Below, piece by piece: positions 60,080 to 64,000 of a stretch of DNA of 64,000 bases. A model generated the notes under the pieces. It saw only the letters and a list, made by a program, of their open reading frames with translations, made no database searches and was not told the origin of the DNA. This stretch comes from Octopus bimaculoides (taxonomy: Eukaryota). Within the stretch, counting starts at the first letter, position 1. Every line of letters begins with the position of its first letter. A program made the translations under genes and the position numbers. Where the stretch lies: contig NC_068988.1 of NCBI RefSeq assembly GCF_001194135.2, forward strand, positions 73,633,849-73,697,848. The letters run 5' to 3'.

Positions 60080-63000
60080 ATAGTGCTCATAGAATACTTA
60101 AAAATAATATGCCCAACTCTGTCATGTTTTAATTTATACTCTGCTGATGCTAAAACTTTACTTCCAGAGATTAAGTGGTCCACTGTTTCAATCTCATCAT
60201 CGCAGAATCAGGACTTTGGATTTGCCCATTTTTCATTATATTGGCTTGGTAGTTCCGGGTCAATAAGCTTTGATTTTGAGCAGCTAAGATGAAGCCTTCC
60301 CTCTCTGTCTTTAGTCCTGTGCTTCGTAGCCACTGATGAGTGTGCTTCTGGGCAACATCTTGTTTGCTACGGGCCACATATTTGCCTTGCAGAGGTTTCT
60401 GCTCCCTCCAACCAGCCAATTGTTCACGCGCTTTTTTCTTTGCCATTGATTTCACCTTCTTTGCCACAACAGTTGCCACACTTCCCTCAGGCTGTTCAGC
60501 CTAGATATCATGCATAAAATCAATAGCAAATTTTTTGCTCTCCCTTATGACAGAACCGAGTTTCTTACGCTTCTCGTGATTTTCAACATGTTTTAGCATC
60601 CAGTCGTTAATTGTTTCAAGATATTTAGCCAGTCCAGTTGTGCTGATGTTGTAAGAAAGTTCAAACTGAATTAAGCCTCGACTTCCTTGGGCTCTGAAAA
60701 GGTAAAGATGATCCATACCTGCCTTTGAGTGGTGCATCTTATTACAAGTCAGCAGCTTACGTATTTTTCAGTCAATTTTCTTTATTTCACTGATATTCCA
60801 GTTCAACATATTGAAGCTACAAGTAACAACTGGAACTACTAAGACATTTATGGCTAACACCTTATGTTCATTTAGGTCAGATTTCAGAACTCCTCGAAGT
60901 CTTCTATAACATCCCTTCCTGATCTCTTTCAGGAAGGCATGCTGAATGCCAGAGCCTTCATTTATTCCTAGGTATTTATGAATTTATTCCTGCTCAAGTT
61001 CTTTTATAACCGAGTCGATATCTAACATGACTGAATTTGAGGTCTTCAATTTCCCTTTCTTTAAAGTGACCTTGGCACACTTATCACAACCAAACTGAAG
61101 TCATCATTGAATGCTTTCATATTACATAATATGCCTTCAAGCTCATCATTGTCTTTGCTATAGAGTTTTAAGTCATCCATATAAAATAGATGGTTTATTT
61201 TCTTGTCAATGTTATACATTTGTCCTCTTCTGTCAAGTAAACTTGTAAGTGGTATTAGAGCTAAGTAAAAAATTAGAAGTAAAATTGAGTCACCTTGGAA
61301 AATGCCACAGCTGATGCTAATATTGTTTGAAGCTAGTACTCCATTAGAGTAATATAATTGGAGATTCGTATTCTACAACGATATATTATGCTTCAGGAAG
61401 TTTGAAATTACAGGAGAAATTTAGAAGATGTCCAGCGATTTCAAGCTCCATGGATGCGGCATTTTATAATCATTCTATGCAGAACTGAGATTTCTACGTT
61501 TGTTATGAGTTCTCAAGGATTACACGATTAATTATGAGTTGATCTTTGCATCCATATGAGTCTCACCGCACACTTTATGTTCAGTGAGGAAAATATTGTT
61601 CTTTTCCATAAATGTATATGATTTCTCCACGAGAATAGATGTTAAAATTCTATAAGTGGTAGATAAACAAGTTATTGGCCGGTAGTATTTTGGAACTTTG
61701 GTTTCATTATTCTTTGGAAGTAGGTAAGTAATACTACTTGCTAACCAGTCAAGTGTTTTCTTAGGATCTCTCATAATTTCATTGAACAGCTAAACAAACT
61801 ATTCGTGAGCGCACGGGAACGATACGAGCCAGAAGTCTGACACCCTATCTTTATCGGGGGATTTCCACTTATGAACCTTCGTGAGTGTCATCTTAGGTCT
61901 ACTATTGAGATGTCTTCTCCTGCTAGTTCTTGTAATTTTTGTCAAGATACTTCTGCGCGTCTAATCCAATCTGCAATTTCATTGTATGTCTTCTCATCGT
62001 TCCAAATCTTTTTTCAAAGAGTTTTCAATTTCTTCCATGAGATGGAAGGTGGTTTTCAATGGTTATTTTCTCCTTCCTTATTTCTCTATAGAATGTTTTG
62101 GCATTGAATGTGAGCAGTTTATTTTGCTTGTAAAAATTGTTTCTTTTATCATATCTTTGAGATTTTACTTGGACCTTTTGTTTCAGTGTTTCTTTTGTTC
62201 ATATCAGTTCTTATCTTGATGGAAATCTAAATTTTCTCATCGTTCTTCCTATTTTGGATCTTAGATCATTTCCACAAATTAATTCATTCGATATTGATAT
62301 TTCCCTTCTCATTAATTCAATTTCTTTATCAATTTTACTTCTCCGGTTTGGTTTTCTTTGTTTTTTCAAAGGCATACAACTGATTTCAATTGTCTTAGCA
62401 GATGCGGAAATAATTTCATTTATCATAGTAAGATCAAATTTTAATTCTTGTATGATTTCTTTTGTTACATATTTGCCATTTTAATTTTTTTAATTATTAT
62501 TATTATTTGTTTTCTGGTGTTTATGAAGTGGTTTTCTATCACTCATACTTGTATGTCTTACAACTTCAAGCTCATTTAGAATTTTCTGATTCATTTCCAT
62601 CTTAGGCTCTCCGTGTTCTTCAACAAATGTGTGGTCTTCAAATACTGTTTCTTTACCACTTTGCTGTCTTTTTCAGCTTCATTAGAATTTCTTATTTCTT
62701 CAGGCATTTGCGTGATTTGATCATATGACAATTTTTCAATTAAGACTCGTGGCAGGCTACTCTCTTCATCTGATTCTTCGTTTTCTTCCTGCCTTATATT
62801 TAGGTCATTTTCAGCTACGTGTTTGATCGCAATTATTTCACTAGTTTTGTGTGTATTATTTGTGAAGATTTCCCTTCTAACATTTGCTCACTTCTTACTT
62901 TCATCCAAATACGATCTGCTATCGTGAATTCCTGTTTCTGCATATTTTGTAAAAGCTTCTGATGGGCCTCTCTTGAGATGGCCTACCTAATGCATAGTAA

Positions 63001-63260
63001 TGAGCGTATATTACTTCTTTATACTCTTCCTGGGTCCATTTGAACTTCTTAATTTTTTTTTTTGTGGTGGCTGTGGTGGTAAACTTTGAGGGCTCGAATT
63101 GGAGCAGTTCCCATTCAAGTGACCATCCAAGTTCGTACTCGGTGAAGAGTTTGTGCCAGTGGATAACTTTTCGACCCCGTGTTGGCTCTCCCCTGAGGAA
63201 AACACTTACAGATTGACCTAGGACAAGTGATTTGGTGTACTGTTTCTTCATATTATTACT
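60080..63260 (-). mobile_element. R4/Dong-type non-LTR retrotransposon, N-terminus to CCHC, 3' end missing
   Basis: KWTQEEYKEVIYAHY, TYLLPKNNETKVPKYYRPITCLSTTYRILT, HLFYMDDLKLY, YKYLGINE and ETVDHLISG..AEYKLKHDRVG. Confidence 0.9.
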
Positions 63261-63289
63261 ATTGTTAGTAATAGTAATAGTACTATGAA

Positions 63290-63475
63290 TACGCCGGGTG
63301 AAATGCTTAGCGATATTTCACCCGTTGCTACATTCTGAGTTCAAATTCCACCGAGGTCGACTTGCCTTTCATCCTTTCGCAGTCAATAAAATAAGTACCA
63401 GCTGAGTACTGGGGTCGATATGATCGACTTGCCTCTTCCACCAAAATTTCAGACCTTGTGCCTTTAGTAGAAAAG

Positions 63476-63476
<1 letters not shown>
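63290..63476 (+). mobile_element. SINE family B with (ATT)n tail at 63477-63557
   Basis: B-box GAGTTCAAATTCC, central domain and the tail CTTGTGCCTTTAGTAGAAAAG(ATT)n. Confidence 0.9.
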
Positions 63477-63557
<81 letters not shown>

Positions 63558-63558
<1 letters not shown>

Positions 63559-64000
63559 GTTCATGTACTCTCAACAATTTAGACTGTTGGAAAAGAAAAG
63601 TATGTTAACATAGGGTTACAACAACTAGCCTTAGATGCCAGGAACCCTCGTGCCTAATAACACTGTTTACTAGAGCTGTACTAAAGTGGGTATTATGCCT
63701 ATTTCCTCTATCAATCTGTTCAGATTTTTAAGGATAGTTCCTAATGCACCTATAACTATTGGGATACATTTTACCCGCACTTTCCATAATCTCTGTAATT
63801 CAATAGCTAGGTCCTGGTACTTTCCTATTTTTCTATACCTCTCGTATTAATATTTTCATCATTTAGGACTGTAAAGTCAATTCTCTGGCACTTTCTATTC
63901 TCTTTATCTACTACTACCAAATCAGGCCTTCCAGCTTCTATTACTCTGTCAGTCTGAATGTTAAAGTCCCACAATATCATGCATTTCTTACTTTCTAGTA
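63558..64000 (-). mobile_element. R4/Dong-type LINE 3' end (restriction-like endonuclease) ending in (AAT)n
   Basis: ILWDFNIQTDRVIEAGRPDLVVVDKE..IDF, KYQDLAIELQRLWKV..IPIVIGALG. Confidence 0.9.

Overview
This is AT-rich, repeat-saturated eukaryotic genomic DNA with several N-gaps, most of them flanked by (TA)n. The SINE/LINE repertoire and microsatellite load look like an octopus (coleoid cephalopod) draft assembly; that is an inference. Only one host gene is supported: an intronless Frizzled-5/8 CDS on the minus strand (8989-10734). The remainder is a ~53 kb upstream gene desert and ~9 kb of downstream sequence. It is filled with two tRNA-derived SINE families, mariner remnants, RTE, L1/Tx1, CR1 and R4/Dong-type LINE fragments, and many Penelope-like element (PLE) fragments. 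The most notable observations are: (i) the Fz5/8 C-terminus ends in D-H-V instead of the usual S/T-x-V PDZ ligand; (ii) several minimal type-I hammerhead-ribozyme motifs with palindromic stem III, mostly in or near PLE remnants; (iii) several unexplained long inverted repeats and hairpins; (iv) TE pairs whose breakpoints hint at rearrangement or misassembly. All alignments and folds were done by eye, and TE boundaries are approximate.
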